Source of the DNA: Thermoplasmata archaeon
GTDB lineage: Archaea; Thermoplasmatota; Thermoplasmata; Lutacidiplasmatales; UBA184
Assembly (NCBI GenBank): GCA_028864975.1
Contig: JAGWLG010000002.1
Span: forward strand, 32,001-96,000
Reading direction: 5' to 3'
Length of the DNA: 64,000 nt
Part shown: positions 27,928 through 37,762 of the stretch, one piece after another
How positions within the stretch are numbered: the first letter of the stretch is position 1
How the letters are laid out: every line of letters begins with the position of its first letter
Position numbers and translations under genes: made by a program
The notes under the pieces: generated by a model
What the model saw: the letters and a program-made list of their open reading frames with translations, nothing else
The model's database searches: none
What the model was told of the DNA's origin: nothing

Positions 27928-29063
27928 GCGAGGAGGAGAGGCTCTTCCCGACCCAGGAGGTCGGCTCGATCGCGAAGCCCCTGTGGTTGGTGCAGGCCCT
28001 CAAGGGCCAGAAACCGAGCCCGAACGCGCTCTCGGACCTCGAGCGGTGGCGAGGGCGTGTCCCTTTCGTGCCCGAGCACGACCCCCGTCTGAAGAAGCTC
28101 CTCAAAGGGGAGGTCGACGAGGTCGGGCCCCATGGCCTGCGGGACCTGGGGGCGCTCTTCGGGCTCCGCTACCTCGAGGCCGCGGGGCTCGACATCGTGT
28201 ACGATGGGGAGGCGCGACGGATGGAAATGTACGAGTTCCCGATCCGTCAGATGACCGGGTTCAAGCTCCTTGGACACGTCCGGTCCTTCGACAACAAGTA
28301 CTACCTGAAAGGGGCGTGCGTGGGGAAGGTCGGTCTACCCGAACCTTACCACCTGGACGAGTTCGAGTTCCTGAAGCGTGAGGCTCGAAGGTCGCTCAAG
28401 GTCCCGATCACCGGAGCCTACACCCTCGCGGACTGGTCTTGGAACGAGTACTACCTGGGGAAGCAGAAGGGGTGGAAAGGGCGGAAGGCCCGACGCGCGG
28501 CCCAGAGAGAGCTGCTCGTGGACATCGCACGGAACGCGATCCGTCCCACGCTCAAGGCGCTCATCGACCGCGGGGCGAAGTTCCTCCAGGTCGATGAACC
28601 CGCCGCGGGGACGCACCCCGACGAGGCGGAGCTCGTGGTGGAGGCGTTCAACGAGAGCGTCGAAGGGCTCGACGCGAAGTTTGCGATGCACATCTGTTTC
28701 TCCGACTACCGCTGTCTCTTCCCGGCGCTCCTGGAGGCGAAGAAGTGCTCCCAGTTCCTCTGGGAGTTCGCGAACCGCGACACGCCGGAGAAGGACGGGT
28801 ACCGGGACCTGGAGCTGTTCAACGAGTTCGAGGACCACCGGGAGATTGGGCTGGGGGTGACCGACATTCATCGTGACGTGCTCGAGTCCCCCGAGCTCAT
28901 CCGCGACCGGATCCTGCGCGCGTCGAAGATCCTAGGGGACCCCAAGCGCCTCTACGTGAACCCGGACTGCGGGCTCCGCACGCGGTCGTTGGATGTGGCG
29001 TGGGAGAAGCTCACCCGGATGGTGCGGGGGGCCGACCTCGCTCGTGCCTCCCTCGCGGGCTGA
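27924..29063 (+). CDS. metE: Cobalamin-independent methionine synthase, catalytic (C-terminal) half
   Basis: PTQEVGSIAKP, KVPITGAYT, QVDEPA; zinc ligands HIC, E and NPDCGLR. Confidence 0.9.
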   Translation: MSEEERLFPTQEVGSIAKPLWLVQALKGQKPSPNALSDLERWRGRVPFVPEHDPRLKKLLKGEVDEVGPHGLRDLGALFGLRYLEAAGLDIVYDGEARRMEMYEFPIRQMTGFKLLGHVRSFDNKYYLKGACVGKVGLPEPYHLDEFEFLKREARRSLKVPITGAYTLADWSWNEYYLGKQKGWKGRKARRAAQRELLVDIARNAIRPTLKALIDRGAKFLQVDEPAAGTHPDEAELVVEAFNESVEGLDAKFAMHICFSDYRCLFPALLEAKKCSQFLWEFANRDTPEKDGYRDLELFNEFEDHREIGLGVTDIHRDVLESPELIRDRILRASKILGDPKRLYVNPDCGLRTRSLDVAWEKLTRMVRGADLARASLAG

Positions 29064-29117
29064 GTCCCCGACAGCTTGGGGGGACCGACCTCGCCGCCAG
29101 CGGGCGACGAGTAAGAC

Positions 29118-29696
29118 GTGAACCGGAGCAAGCCGATGGTTGAGCCACTACCTGTGGGGGTCTACTGGGGCCGTTTCAACCCGCCCCATCGCGGCCACCT
29201 CTCGGTCGTGCGTCGGTTCCACCGCGACTTCCGCCTGACCGTCGTCATCGGGAGCGCGGAGCACCGCGACGAGCGAAGGAACCCGTTCAGCGGCCGCGAG
29301 CGCCAGCAGATGTTCGAGGCCTACCTGGCCGAGGTGGGCATCCTTGACGTTCGCGTTACCACCTTGAGGGATGGTCCGACGTTGGACGGGGCGATCCATC
29401 GGCTGGTCCGTCGGTGCCACCCCGATGTGATCCTGCTCTCTTCCGACAAGGGTCGATTCGCGAGCACCGTCGCCCGAAAGGTCCGCGTCGTGAGGTTCGC
29501 GAGGAGGGGAGTGGTCTCCTCCACCCGGATACGGGCGGCTATCGCGACCGGGAGACCGGATTGGGAACGGCTGACCGGGCGGTCCGTGGTTCGCCTGATC
29601 CACCAGTTCGGGGGTCCCGCTCGTATCCGAAGGGCCCATCGTTCCCGGAGGAGGAGCGCGGGGGTCCGTGAGGGACGCCGCCGTCGAACTCGGTAA
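29118..29696 (+). CDS. Cytidylyltransferase-family nucleotidyltransferase (NMN adenylyltransferase-like)
   Basis: GRFNPPHRGH (HxGH), IGSAE, NPFSGRER, SSTRIR. Confidence 0.8.
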   Translation: MNRSKPMVEPLPVGVYWGRFNPPHRGHLSVVRRFHRDFRLTVVIGSAEHRDERRNPFSGRERQQMFEAYLAEVGILDVRVTTLRDGPTLDGAIHRLVRRCHPDVILLSSDKGRFASTVARKVRVVRFARRGVVSSTRIRAAIATGRPDWERLTGRSVVRLIHQFGGPARIRRAHRSRRRSAGVREGRRRRTR

Positions 29697-29703
29697 TGGT
29701 CCC

Positions 29704-30087
29704 CTACTTCGAAGGAAGGAGCTTCTCCTTCTTCCGGGAGCCCCGCAGCGCGAACGGGAACCGGAACGGGGGCGGAGGCACCCCTCCGCGAGCGACGAGC
29801 GCGCGTCGCCATCGGACCTCGTCGAGGGCTGCGAGGGCCAGGAGGATCGGGAAGATGCCCATCGTCACCACGGCGAGTCCGCCCCCCGTGATCCCTACCG
29901 TGTGAAGCCCCACGAAGGAGAGGAGGGCCCCCAGGGCCAGGAGCGCGATCACGACCAAGAGGTTCCTCGTCGTTCCACGCTGGAAGGCCTTGGGATCGGA
30001 CTTGAAGCGCTCGAGCAGACCTTGGTCCAGCTTCTGCGTCGGGCCGGGCCGACCAGGGGCCGACGACCAGGACCTGGGCGCGCTCAT
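29704..30087 (-). CDS. Small 2-TM membrane protein
   Basis: Two hydrophobic segments and a basic C-terminus. Confidence 0.5.
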   Translation of the reverse strand: MSAPRSWSSAPGRPGPTQKLDQGLLERFKSDPKAFQRGTTRNLLVVIALLALGALLSFVGLHTVGITGGGLAVVTMGIFPILLALAALDEVRWRRALVARGGVPPPPFRFPFALRGSRKKEKLLPSK

Positions 30088-30190
30088 GGAAGAGCGCGAG
30101 AATCCTCTCCCCTTTTGAAGACGCAGGTCGAGCGGCGGACGCCCTGACCGTGAGGTGACGGGCCGAGGCCATCGATTTGTACCTCAAGGG

Positions 30191-30808
30191 ATGGGAAGGT
30201 GGAGGAGTTCCGTGCTCGCTCTCCCTTCTGGCCTCCCGGCGGCGTCCTTCCTGCTGATCCTGATAGGGGACGTCCTGGTCTTCCTGCTGATCGGGCTCAC
30301 GTTCCGCCTGCTCTCTCCACGCAAGCTGACCCCGATCATCTGGGCCTCTCCCGTGGCCCACCTGTACACGCTCTTTGCCGTGTTCCTGGCGCTCTATACG
30401 GCCCTCTCCTCACAGCCCCTCCTCTCCCTCCTCGGGTCCTTCGCCTCCTTCGGGGTCGCCGGGGTGATCGGCGCGTTCCTCGGCCGACCGGTCGGGCGAA
30501 GGATCCCCGTCTCGCTCCACCAAGATGGCCGCGCGACGTTCGTCGGTGGGAAGGTCCTGGTCTCCCTCCTGGTCCTGCTCCTTCTTCCTCTTGCGCTCGA
30601 ACAGGCGGTGGTGCTCTTTGGCTCCCTCGCGCAGGTGCAGTCCCTGGTGGGCGCGCTCACCGGCAACCCTCCGTTCAACTTCCTGCTCGTGGGGGTAGGG
30701 TTCCTCTTCGTCCTGGGGACGTTCCTCTCCATCACATGGAGGTTCGAGGTCTGGGAGAAGCGCTCCCGCCAGGTTTCGGCGCGGAACGGAGGGACCTCGA
30801 AGCGCTGA
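30191..30808 (+). CDS. Membrane protein of unknown function
   Basis: About 5 hydrophobic segments. Confidence 0.6.
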   Translation: MGRWRSSVLALPSGLPAASFLLILIGDVLVFLLIGLTFRLLSPRKLTPIIWASPVAHLYTLFAVFLALYTALSSQPLLSLLGSFASFGVAGVIGAFLGRPVGRRIPVSLHQDGRATFVGGKVLVSLLVLLLLPLALEQAVVLFGSLAQVQSLVGALTGNPPFNFLLVGVGFLFVLGTFLSITWRFEVWEKRSRQVSARNGGTSKR

Positions 30809-30957
30809 ACTCGCCGACCGTCCTGGGCCAATCCCCTGACGCGCGGCCACTCAGGTTCGGGAGGCCCCGACCGCGCGCGCCGGTCTCCCGCTCGAGCGCG
30901 CTGGACGAATCCACTTGAGGCTTGGAGGGCCCCTGGCCATAGACCTCCGCCCAAGGG

Positions 30958-31003
30958 TTTTAAGGCGCCAGGGCTGAGTAGAATGGACGATTAGGTCCCC
31001 TAA
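30958..31003 (+). promoter_or_regulatory. Putative TATA box and palindromic operator upstream of the MarR gene
   Basis: TTTTAA at 30958-30963; TTAGG-tcc-CCTAA at 30991-31003, just before ATG 31009. Confidence 0.4.
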
Positions 31004-31008
31004 CTATC

Positions 31009-31524
31009 ATGGCGACCAGCGTCAGAACCCTGCCCCCGACGGTCGCCCGCCGCCTCCCGCCGGAGGAGGTCGCGCTCTGGGGGTCGCTGGTCTCGGTGAC
31101 GCGGAGCCTCTTCCGCCACCTTCAGCACGACCTTCGGCGTGTCGGGGTGAGCGTCCAGCAGTACTGGGTGCTGCAGTGCCTGGATGTCCATGGGCCGCTC
31201 ACCGCGGGGAAGCTCTCCCAGTGGCTCGAGGTGACCCTGCCCACGGTGACGGGCATCGCCGACCACTTGGAGTCGATCGGCTACGTCCATCGCTCTCCCG
31301 CGCCGGAGGACCGGCGGCGCGTGCTCGTCCGGCTCACCCCGAAGGGGATGCGGATGCTCCGCTTGCTCCACCAGCACCACGCGGACATCGGACGGGACCT
31401 CGCCCAGCTCGTGCCGGACGAGGAGCGCGCCGAGCTCACGCGGGCCCTGGTCCGCATCGCTGCGCGCCTGACCCCGGACCACGGCCCCTGTCCGGGCTGC
31501 CACGGGGAGACCGACCTCACCTGA
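31009..31524 (+). CDS. MarR-family transcriptional regulator
   Basis: GVSVQQYWVL, LEVTLPTVTGIADHLE, EDRRRVLVRLTPKG. Confidence 0.9.
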   Translation: MATSVRTLPPTVARRLPPEEVALWGSLVSVTRSLFRHLQHDLRRVGVSVQQYWVLQCLDVHGPLTAGKLSQWLEVTLPTVTGIADHLESIGYVHRSPAPEDRRRVLVRLTPKGMRMLRLLHQHHADIGRDLAQLVPDEERAELTRALVRIAARLTPDHGPCPGCHGETDLT

Positions 31525-31704
31525 AACGGCGCAGTTCGTCGGGCCGCTCCTACGGCCGCCCCGGTGGAGCGAGCCTGAGGTCTGGCGCGGATAGCTCTCG
31601 AACGGTCGCCTGCGAGTTCGGGAGGGGCGGTCCATCCCTCAAGAACCGGGGTCGGAACTCCGGCCCGACGCTCCGTTGCGCTGGAGAGTCGCCACTATCC
31701 TTAC

Positions 31705-34700
31705 GTGGAAGAGGGCCTGCCTCTCGAGGATATGTCGCCCACGCCGTCGGGGCCCGCCGCGGCCCCCGTCTTCGTCGGCCGTGAGGCGGAGCGGAGCCGG
31801 CTCCAGGAAGGGGTCGATCGTGCCCGCGGAGGGCAGGGGAACTCTTGGGTGATCTCGGGCCCCGCGGGAGTCGGGAAGACGCGATTGATGCAGTGGCTGG
31901 AGGGGGAGGCCCAGACCCAGGGGTTCCGGGTCCTCTGGGGGTACTGCCTGAAGGAGGACGTCTCCCCGTTCTTTCCCTTCGAGCAGATCCTCCATCGGCT
32001 GGGCCCTCGGGGTGGGTCCCGCGGTGGGGCCGGCGCGGCCGAGGCGGGGGTGGGGGACGTCCCGTTCCAGGTCGACGAGGCGGCCGCCGTGGTCATCTTC
32101 GAAGAGGAGAAGCCGAAGCGCATCTTCGACCACGCGTCGGCGCTCTCGAAGGCGCATCCCTGCCTCGTGCTGGGCCGGGACCGTCCTCAGTCGGTGCGGC
32201 AGAGGTTCCCCGAGCTCGCTCCCTCCTCGCGAGTCCTTTGGCTGTCGAGGACCGAGGGGGAGGAGGTGATCCCTCCGAGCCAGCTGGACGCGTTGGGCGA
32301 GCTCGCGGAGAAGCACCTCCGCCAGCACGAGGGAGGCGTCGTCGCGCTCGCGGGCATCGAGTACCTGGTGAGCCAGAATACGTTCCTCCCGGTGCTGCGG
32401 CTCTTGCAGTTCCTGAGAGACGTCGCTGAGGGGACAGGGGGGAAGCTGCTCCTCTCGGTCCACCCCGCGGCCTTCGATGCCCGGGAGTTCTCGCTGCTCG
32501 AGGCCGAGGGGGAGGTGGTGAAAGCCCCGTCGGCGGCGTCGCCCACCGGAGGGAGCGCCGAGGAGCGGCCGTCGGGCCGGGGGACGAGCGAGCCCTCCTC
32601 CGCCACGCTCCTCCGATACGTCCAGACGTTCGAGGCGGAGTCCCGCAACCGACCGCTCCTGCTCCTGCTGGACGACTTCCAGTGGGCGGACGAAGGCTCG
32701 GCGCTGGCCTTCCAGTTCCTCTCTCGGAACCTTCGGCGGGCCCCCGTCATCCTCGTGGCGGGCGTCCGCGACGCCGAGACGCGGACCACGGTCGCGGCGG
32801 GAGGCGGGAGCCCCCAGGAGGGGGTCGTCGTCGATGTCATGGACAACCTGGACCGCGAAGGGATCCTGCGGAGGCTGCCGCTGCGGGGGCTCGACCCGGG
32901 GGAGGCGCGCGACCTCCTCGAAGGCTACCTGGGGGCACCGCTCGCGCCGGGGGACGTCGAGGGGGCGGCGCAGACCCTGGTCGAGCTCACCGGAGGGAAC
33001 CCGTACCACCTCCTGCAGGTCGTGAGCCAGCTCAAGGAGGAGGGGCTCGCCCGGGTCGAGGGGGGCCGGGGGCTCATCTCGCTCCCTGCTCCGACGGAGG
33101 TTGGGTCGTCGTTCGCGGGCTCTCGGGGGCGCACCTCGCTCCCGACGATCCGGCGCCTGGTCTCTCGGCAGCTCGAAGGCCTGCCGAAGGAGGACCGCGC
33201 CCTTCTCGAGACCGCGTCCCTCGTCGGGCGGGAGTTCGACCTCCCTCCCCTGGCGGACGTTCTAGGTCGCTCCCGGGAGGACCTGAAGGCCCGTGCCGAG
33301 AAGCTCACCACGCGGCCCCCGCTCCTCACGGCACGGGAGGACGGGAAGCGCTACGCCTTCCAGAACCCGATCGTCTGGGAGGTGGCGAGGGAGGAGCTCT
33401 CGGCCGAGGACCGACGCCGGTGCTCCCGGACCCTCGCGGACTGGTTCACCTCGCGTCGTCCAGAGGAGACCGAGACCATCGCGCGCCTCTACTACGAGGC
33501 CCGGGACCGGACGAAGGGGCTTCCGTGGATCCGCAAGGCGGCCGACAAGGCGCTCCGGACGCAGGCGAGCGATGCGGTCGAGCGTTACGTTCGGTGGGCG
33601 GAGGACCTGCTGCGCGGGAGCGGGGAGGACTGGGAGGGACGCGTGATGGAGGGGGTACGGCTCGCGGAGGGGATCCGCGAACAGGGGGCTATCCGCGACG
33701 CCCGACGGCTCCTGCAAGGGTTGCTGGAAGCGGGGCCCCCCGACAAGCTCCGTTGGCGGGTCCAGAGGGCGCTGGTCATGGCCCAGGCGGACATCGATGC
33801 GCGCGAAGCCCGCACGCGGCTCGAGGAGCTCGAACGCAGCCTCCAGGCAATGCCCGAGGCGAAGATGCCGGAGTGCCGCTCGCTCCTCGCGGTGACGCGG
33901 GCCCACGTGCTGACCCTCGCGGGCTCGTGGGAGGAAGGGCTCGCCGCGGCGCGCGAGGCCCTCCAGCTGCTCTCGGAGGTAGGAGGGGGAGACCCGGCCG
34001 AACGTGCGCAAGCCCTCTACGCGGCGGGGTGGTGCCTGAAACAGCTGGGACGGCTCGAGGAGGCGCGCGAGCAATTCGCCCAAGGTCGCGCCGCGGCGGC
34101 GGTCGCCGAGCGACCGGGGCTGCTCGCCTCCCACATGAACGGCGAGGGGGCGGTCGCCCTCCTTCGAGGGGACCTCCCGGCCGCGCGCCGGGCCTTCGAG
34201 GACGCGGTCGAACAGTGCCGCAAGACGGGGAACGTCGCGAGGGTCGCCTCGATCCTGCTCAACATGGCCGAGGTCGCGTTGAACCTGGGGGACCTGGAGG
34301 CCGCCCGGAAGGCGGCCGAAGAGGCGCAGGCGCTGGGGGAGCGCTTCGACGTCCCTCGGGTCGCCGCCAACGCGACCTTCCGCATGGGCGTGATCCACCA
34401 GAAGGAGAAGCGATGGGAGGAGGCTCGCACGGCGTTCCAGGCCGCGCTCGAGCGCTACGACCGCTTGGGCCTGGCCGACCTCGCCTACTCCGCCCGGATC
34501 AACCTCGCGCTCCTGCGCGGGATCATGGGCGACCCTCAGTCCGCCCTCGTCGAGCTCGAGGAGATGGTCCGCAAGAGCGTGGGCGTCGACCTCAGGAACC
34601 TACCGCTCTATCACCAGGCCCGGGCGGAGCTCAAGGGGTTCACCGGCGACTCCGACGGAGCGAAGCGCGAGCTCGAGCGGGGGCTCGAGGCCGCGCGTTC

Positions 34701-34857
34701 GACGCAGAACCTCCTCTCGCAGGCTTCCCTGCACGAAGCCCTGGGGGCGTGGGAGGATGCGCACGGGGACCCCGCGCGGGCCCGGGTCCAGCGCGAGCAG
34801 GCCGAGGCGCTCTTCCGTCAATGCGGACTACCGAAAGGGAGCACCTCGCGCGGCTGA
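31705..34857 (+). CDS. STAND-like AAA ATPase with inserted DUF835 domain and C-terminal TPR repeats
   Basis: FVGREAERSRL; Walker A GPAGVGKT; DUF835-like block (VLWLSRTEGE...GIEYLVSQNTFLPVLRLLQFLRD); Walker B LLLLDDFQWAD; TGGNPY; TPR-like repeats. Confidence 0.82.
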   Translation: MEEGLPLEDMSPTPSGPAAAPVFVGREAERSRLQEGVDRARGGQGNSWVISGPAGVGKTRLMQWLEGEAQTQGFRVLWGYCLKEDVSPFFPFEQILHRLGPRGGSRGGAGAAEAGVGDVPFQVDEAAAVVIFEEEKPKRIFDHASALSKAHPCLVLGRDRPQSVRQRFPELAPSSRVLWLSRTEGEEVIPPSQLDALGELAEKHLRQHEGGVVALAGIEYLVSQNTFLPVLRLLQFLRDVAEGTGGKLLLSVHPAAFDAREFSLLEAEGEVVKAPSAASPTGGSAEERPSGRGTSEPSSATLLRYVQTFEAESRNRPLLLLLDDFQWADEGSALAFQFLSRNLRRAPVILVAGVRDAETRTTVAAGGGSPQEGVVVDVMDNLDREGILRRLPLRGLDPGEARDLLEGYLGAPLAPGDVEGAAQTLVELTGGNPYHLLQVVSQLKEEGLARVEGGRGLISLPAPTEVGSSFAGSRGRTSLPTIRRLVSRQLEGLPKEDRALLETASLVGREFDLPPLADVLGRSREDLKARAEKLTTRPPLLTAREDGKRYAFQNPIVWEVAREELSAEDRRRCSRTLADWFTSRRPEETETIARLYYEARDRTKGLPWIRKAADKALRTQASDAVERYVRWAEDLLRGSGEDWEGRVMEGVRLAEGIREQGAIRDARRLLQGLLEAGPPDKLRWRVQRALVMAQADIDAREARTRLEELERSLQAMPEAKMPECRSLLAVTRAHVLTLAGSWEEGLAAAREALQLLSEVGGGDPAERAQALYAAGWCLKQLGRLEEAREQFAQGRAAAAVAERPGLLASHMNGEGAVALLRGDLPAARRAFEDAVEQCRKTGNVARVASILLNMAEVALNLGDLEAARKAAEEAQALGERFDVPRVAANATFRMGVIHQKEKRWEEARTAFQAALERYDRLGLADLAYSARINLALLRGIMGDPQSALVELEEMVRKSVGVDLRNLPLYHQARAELKGFTGDSDGAKRELERGLEAARSTQNLLSQASLHEALGAWEDAHGDPARARVQREQAEALFRQCGLPKGSTSRG

Positions 34858-35071
34858 CGGCAAGGGCCCGTCGGGGCGTGGGAGAGAGCTCCCTCCGGCA
34901 CCCGGTCGAGCGCCTCGACCATCAGGGAGGCCTCCGATCCGGGTGGCCGGCGGACCCCTGCCACGTCGGAACGGAGCACACGACGCCGCTCTTGGCCGCC
35001 CATTTCCGGCGTCGACCTGACCTGTCCATGAAAGGGTTATTCTGCAGGCCCCGCGGTGCCTGGCCAAGCCC

Positions 35072-35854
35072 ATGTCCGGCGCTCTGGCCTCCGCGCTCCG
35101 GTGTCCCAAGTGCGGGACAGGAACGCTCGCCAAGCTCGCCACCGGATGGACCTGCGAGCAGTGCGGGTTCGCTCCCTTTGCAGGGAGGGAGAAGGAGAAG
35201 GTGCCGCCACCGTCGCCGATCAATCCCCGCACGGTCGACCCCGCAGGCCGCCCCTTCTCCGCGTCCGACCTGGCGGCGGACGCCCCGCCGAAGGTACGGT
35301 TCAACTCCCTCGAGAAGCGCCCGGAGGCCCTTCGGGTGCAGTGGATGCCGGCGGGCGCGGGCCTCCGCTACGCTTCCCGCGTTTCCCTCCAGACCGTCCC
35401 CCCGGGGGAGAACGTGCCCCTCGAGCTCCTCGCCCACAATCAAGGGCCCCATCCCCTCTCGCTCGAGTACTACGTCCAGCTCACCGGGAGAAGCGGGGTG
35501 GTCGCGGTCTCGCGCGTCTACTCGGGCGACCTTCCTCCCGAGGGCGTCCTGGACGCGACGGTCCTACTGCCCCCTCCCGACGACCCGGAGGGCTGCCGGG
35601 TCTCCACCTATTGCCGGGCGCTACCGGCCACCGGACGCCTGCAACCCGAGCTCCAGCCGCCCGGTGTGGCCCCGGTCCAGGGGAGCGTGAGCCTACCGGT
35701 CCAGCCGACCGACCCGGACGTCAAGTTCCTCACGTCGGTCCGCTGCCCTCGCTGCGAGAACAGGATGGCGTGGGTGCCCGGAGGGCCCCGCAGGGCCCGG
35801 GCGTGGGTGTGCGACGCCTGCCAGCATCGGGTCGAGACGGGTCTGCTGGGTTGA
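35072..35854 (+). CDS. Protein with N- and C-terminal Cys4 zinc ribbons
   Basis: CPKC..CEQC and CPRC..CDAC flanking a beta-rich core. Confidence 0.65.
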   Translation: MSGALASALRCPKCGTGTLAKLATGWTCEQCGFAPFAGREKEKVPPPSPINPRTVDPAGRPFSASDLAADAPPKVRFNSLEKRPEALRVQWMPAGAGLRYASRVSLQTVPPGENVPLELLAHNQGPHPLSLEYYVQLTGRSGVVAVSRVYSGDLPPEGVLDATVLLPPPDDPEGCRVSTYCRALPATGRLQPELQPPGVAPVQGSVSLPVQPTDPDVKFLTSVRCPRCENRMAWVPGGPRRARAWVCDACQHRVETGLLG

Positions 35855-36265
35855 GCGGGACGACGAGCGACCCCTCCTGCTCAACCTGACCCGGACAGGT
35901 CCTGAGCGTGGCCGATAGGGGTTCTTGCTCGCGACGCGGCCGGGACAGGTCGAACTCTGCGGGATCAGACCGACCGTCGGTGAGAGACGGGATCGACCCG
36001 GGTGCGACCCACCTTCCCACGCTCCGTCGGGAGGGCCCTCAAGCGACCATCACCGCCCCCCACACGGATCTCCTCGCGCCCTTCACAGGCCGTTGATCGG
36101 TAGGCCAGGGTCGCGCGGCCCCCACGGGGGCCAGAGGCGAGGTCTCCGCCCCCTATCGGACAGATCCCTTGGGGGAGCCTCAACGGAGGAGGGGGATCCT
36201 TGCTGGACCCTTCTTCCCCGCCGCCGGTCTTCCGTCCGAAGGGGAGGGGCTCCCGCTAGGGCACC

Positions 36266-36298
36266 TTTATAGAGAATCGAATATTTCCATTATCGAAA
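36266..36298 (+). promoter_or_regulatory. TATA box plus 7-1-7 imperfect palindrome (candidate MarR operator)
   Basis: TTTATA at 36266-36271; TTTCCAT-t-ATCGAAA at 36284-36298; ATG at 36302 (leaderless geometry). Confidence 0.55.
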
Positions 36299-36301
36299 CA
36301 A

Positions 36302-36814
36302 ATGAACGCTGTCGCCGACCCCCGGGCGTCGCGCGCCACGCCGGAGGAGAAGCTCTCCCGGGCCCTTGGAGAGCTCACGCGCTGGCGATTGAGGCTCGGA
36401 AGGGAACTGGGCCGCGCCCGGGGGATGACGCTCCCTCAGGTCTTCCTTCTCGCGGGCCTTGTCGAGAACGCCCGGATCCCGGTCACGCGATGGGCGGAGG
36501 TCACAGGGTCCTCCCCGTCGACGACGACGGCGCTCCTGGATGGTCTGGAGGACGCGGGGCTGGTCCGCCGGGAGCACGACGAGGAGGACCGCCGACAGGT
36601 CCTGGTCTCGCTCACTCCCAAGGGGCTCAGGATCGCCGAAGAGTTCCGGCGGGAGGGGCGCCGCCAATGGGAAGCGCTCTGTCGAGGCATCCCTGCCGCG
36701 GAGCTGGACCGGAGCTCCGCCACCCTCCGACGGATCCTTCTCAAGGTCGATCCGGAGCCTGCGGAGGACCCCCTTCGACCCCCCTTGAGGTCAGAACGCT
36801 GGAGGAACGCATGA
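36302..36814 (+). CDS. MarR-family transcriptional regulator
   Basis: GMTLPQVFLL, SPSTTTALLDGLEDAGLV, EDRRQVLVSLTPKG. Confidence 0.9.
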   Translation: MNAVADPRASRATPEEKLSRALGELTRWRLRLGRELGRARGMTLPQVFLLAGLVENARIPVTRWAEVTGSSPSTTTALLDGLEDAGLVRREHDEEDRRQVLVSLTPKGLRIAEEFRREGRRQWEALCRGIPAAELDRSSATLRRILLKVDPEPAEDPLRPPLRSERWRNA

Positions 36815-37758
36815 CCGCCCCTACGATCGAGGCGACCGGCCTGACGAAGAGGTTCGGGAACTTCACCGCCCTCGACCACTTGGAGCTCAAGCTCGAGGGG
36901 GCCAAGTGCGTGGGCTTCCTGGGACCGAACGGTGCCGGGAAGACGACCACGCTCAAGATGCTCACCGACATGATCTTCCCCACCGCCGGGGAGTGCTTCA
37001 TCAACGGTATCTCGGTGCAAGCCGAGCGCAAGGTCGCGCTCGCCGACGCGGGTGTGCTGATCGAGAGCCCGGAGATCTATCCGTCCCTCACGCCCCGCCA
37101 AGCGCTCCAGATGATCGCCGACCTTCGCGGGCTGCCCGCCAGGGACACCAAGGGGAGGATCGACGAGGTGCTCTCCGAGGTGAAGATGGCCGACTGGGCG
37201 GACAAGCGCGTCGGACGTTTCTCCAAGGGGATGAAGCAACGGATCAACATCGCTGCTGCCCTTGTCCACGACCCCGACGTCGTGATCTTGGACGAGCCGG
37301 CGACGGGGCTCGACCCGCGGGGGATGGCCGAGGTCCGCGACATCGTCCGCGGTCTCAAGAAGCGCAACCGTCTGATCTTCATGTCGAGCCACATCCTTCA
37401 GGAGGTGGTCGACGTCTGCGACGAGGTGGCCCTGATCGACAAGGGCAAGCTGCTCTTCTACGACACCCTGGCCAACGTCACCTCGAAGTTCGCGGGGGGC
37501 AACCCCACGATCGACGTCGGGCTCGCCCGCCCGCTCGGCAGCGAATCGGCCCTCCAGGACATCGGGGCCCTTCCGGGCGTGACCTCCTGCACGTTGCTCG
37601 AGCCGAAGCGGATCCGACTTAGGTTCAACGGCGGCCCGGACGGACGGGAGCAGCTCCTGGCGAGCCTCGTGGAACTCCGGATCGGGGTCACGAGCCTCTC
37701 CGAACCTGTCAGCGCGCTCGAAGAGATCTATCTCAAACAGATCGAGAAGGGAGACTGA
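36811..37758 (+). CDS. ABC-2-type transporter ATP-binding protein
   Basis: GPNGAGKTT, FSKGMKQR signature, ILDEPATGLDP, SSH switch; ATGA overlap with MarR. Confidence 0.93.
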   Translation: MTAPTIEATGLTKRFGNFTALDHLELKLEGAKCVGFLGPNGAGKTTTLKMLTDMIFPTAGECFINGISVQAERKVALADAGVLIESPEIYPSLTPRQALQMIADLRGLPARDTKGRIDEVLSEVKMADWADKRVGRFSKGMKQRINIAAALVHDPDVVILDEPATGLDPRGMAEVRDIVRGLKKRNRLIFMSSHILQEVVDVCDEVALIDKGKLLFYDTLANVTSKFAGGNPTIDVGLARPLGSESALQDIGALPGVTSCTLLEPKRIRLRFNGGPDGREQLLASLVELRIGVTSLSEPVSALEEIYLKQIEKGD

Positions 37759-37762
37759 GGAC

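Noticed and set aside
32682-35690. 1002-aa ORF, and similar long ORFs (1079-2620, 7261-9006, 45315-47369, 56286-58265, 18233-19474)
   Set aside because: They overlap or lie antisense to well-supported genes and are Arg/Gly/Pro-rich with no motifs. They are shadow frames expected at this GC content.
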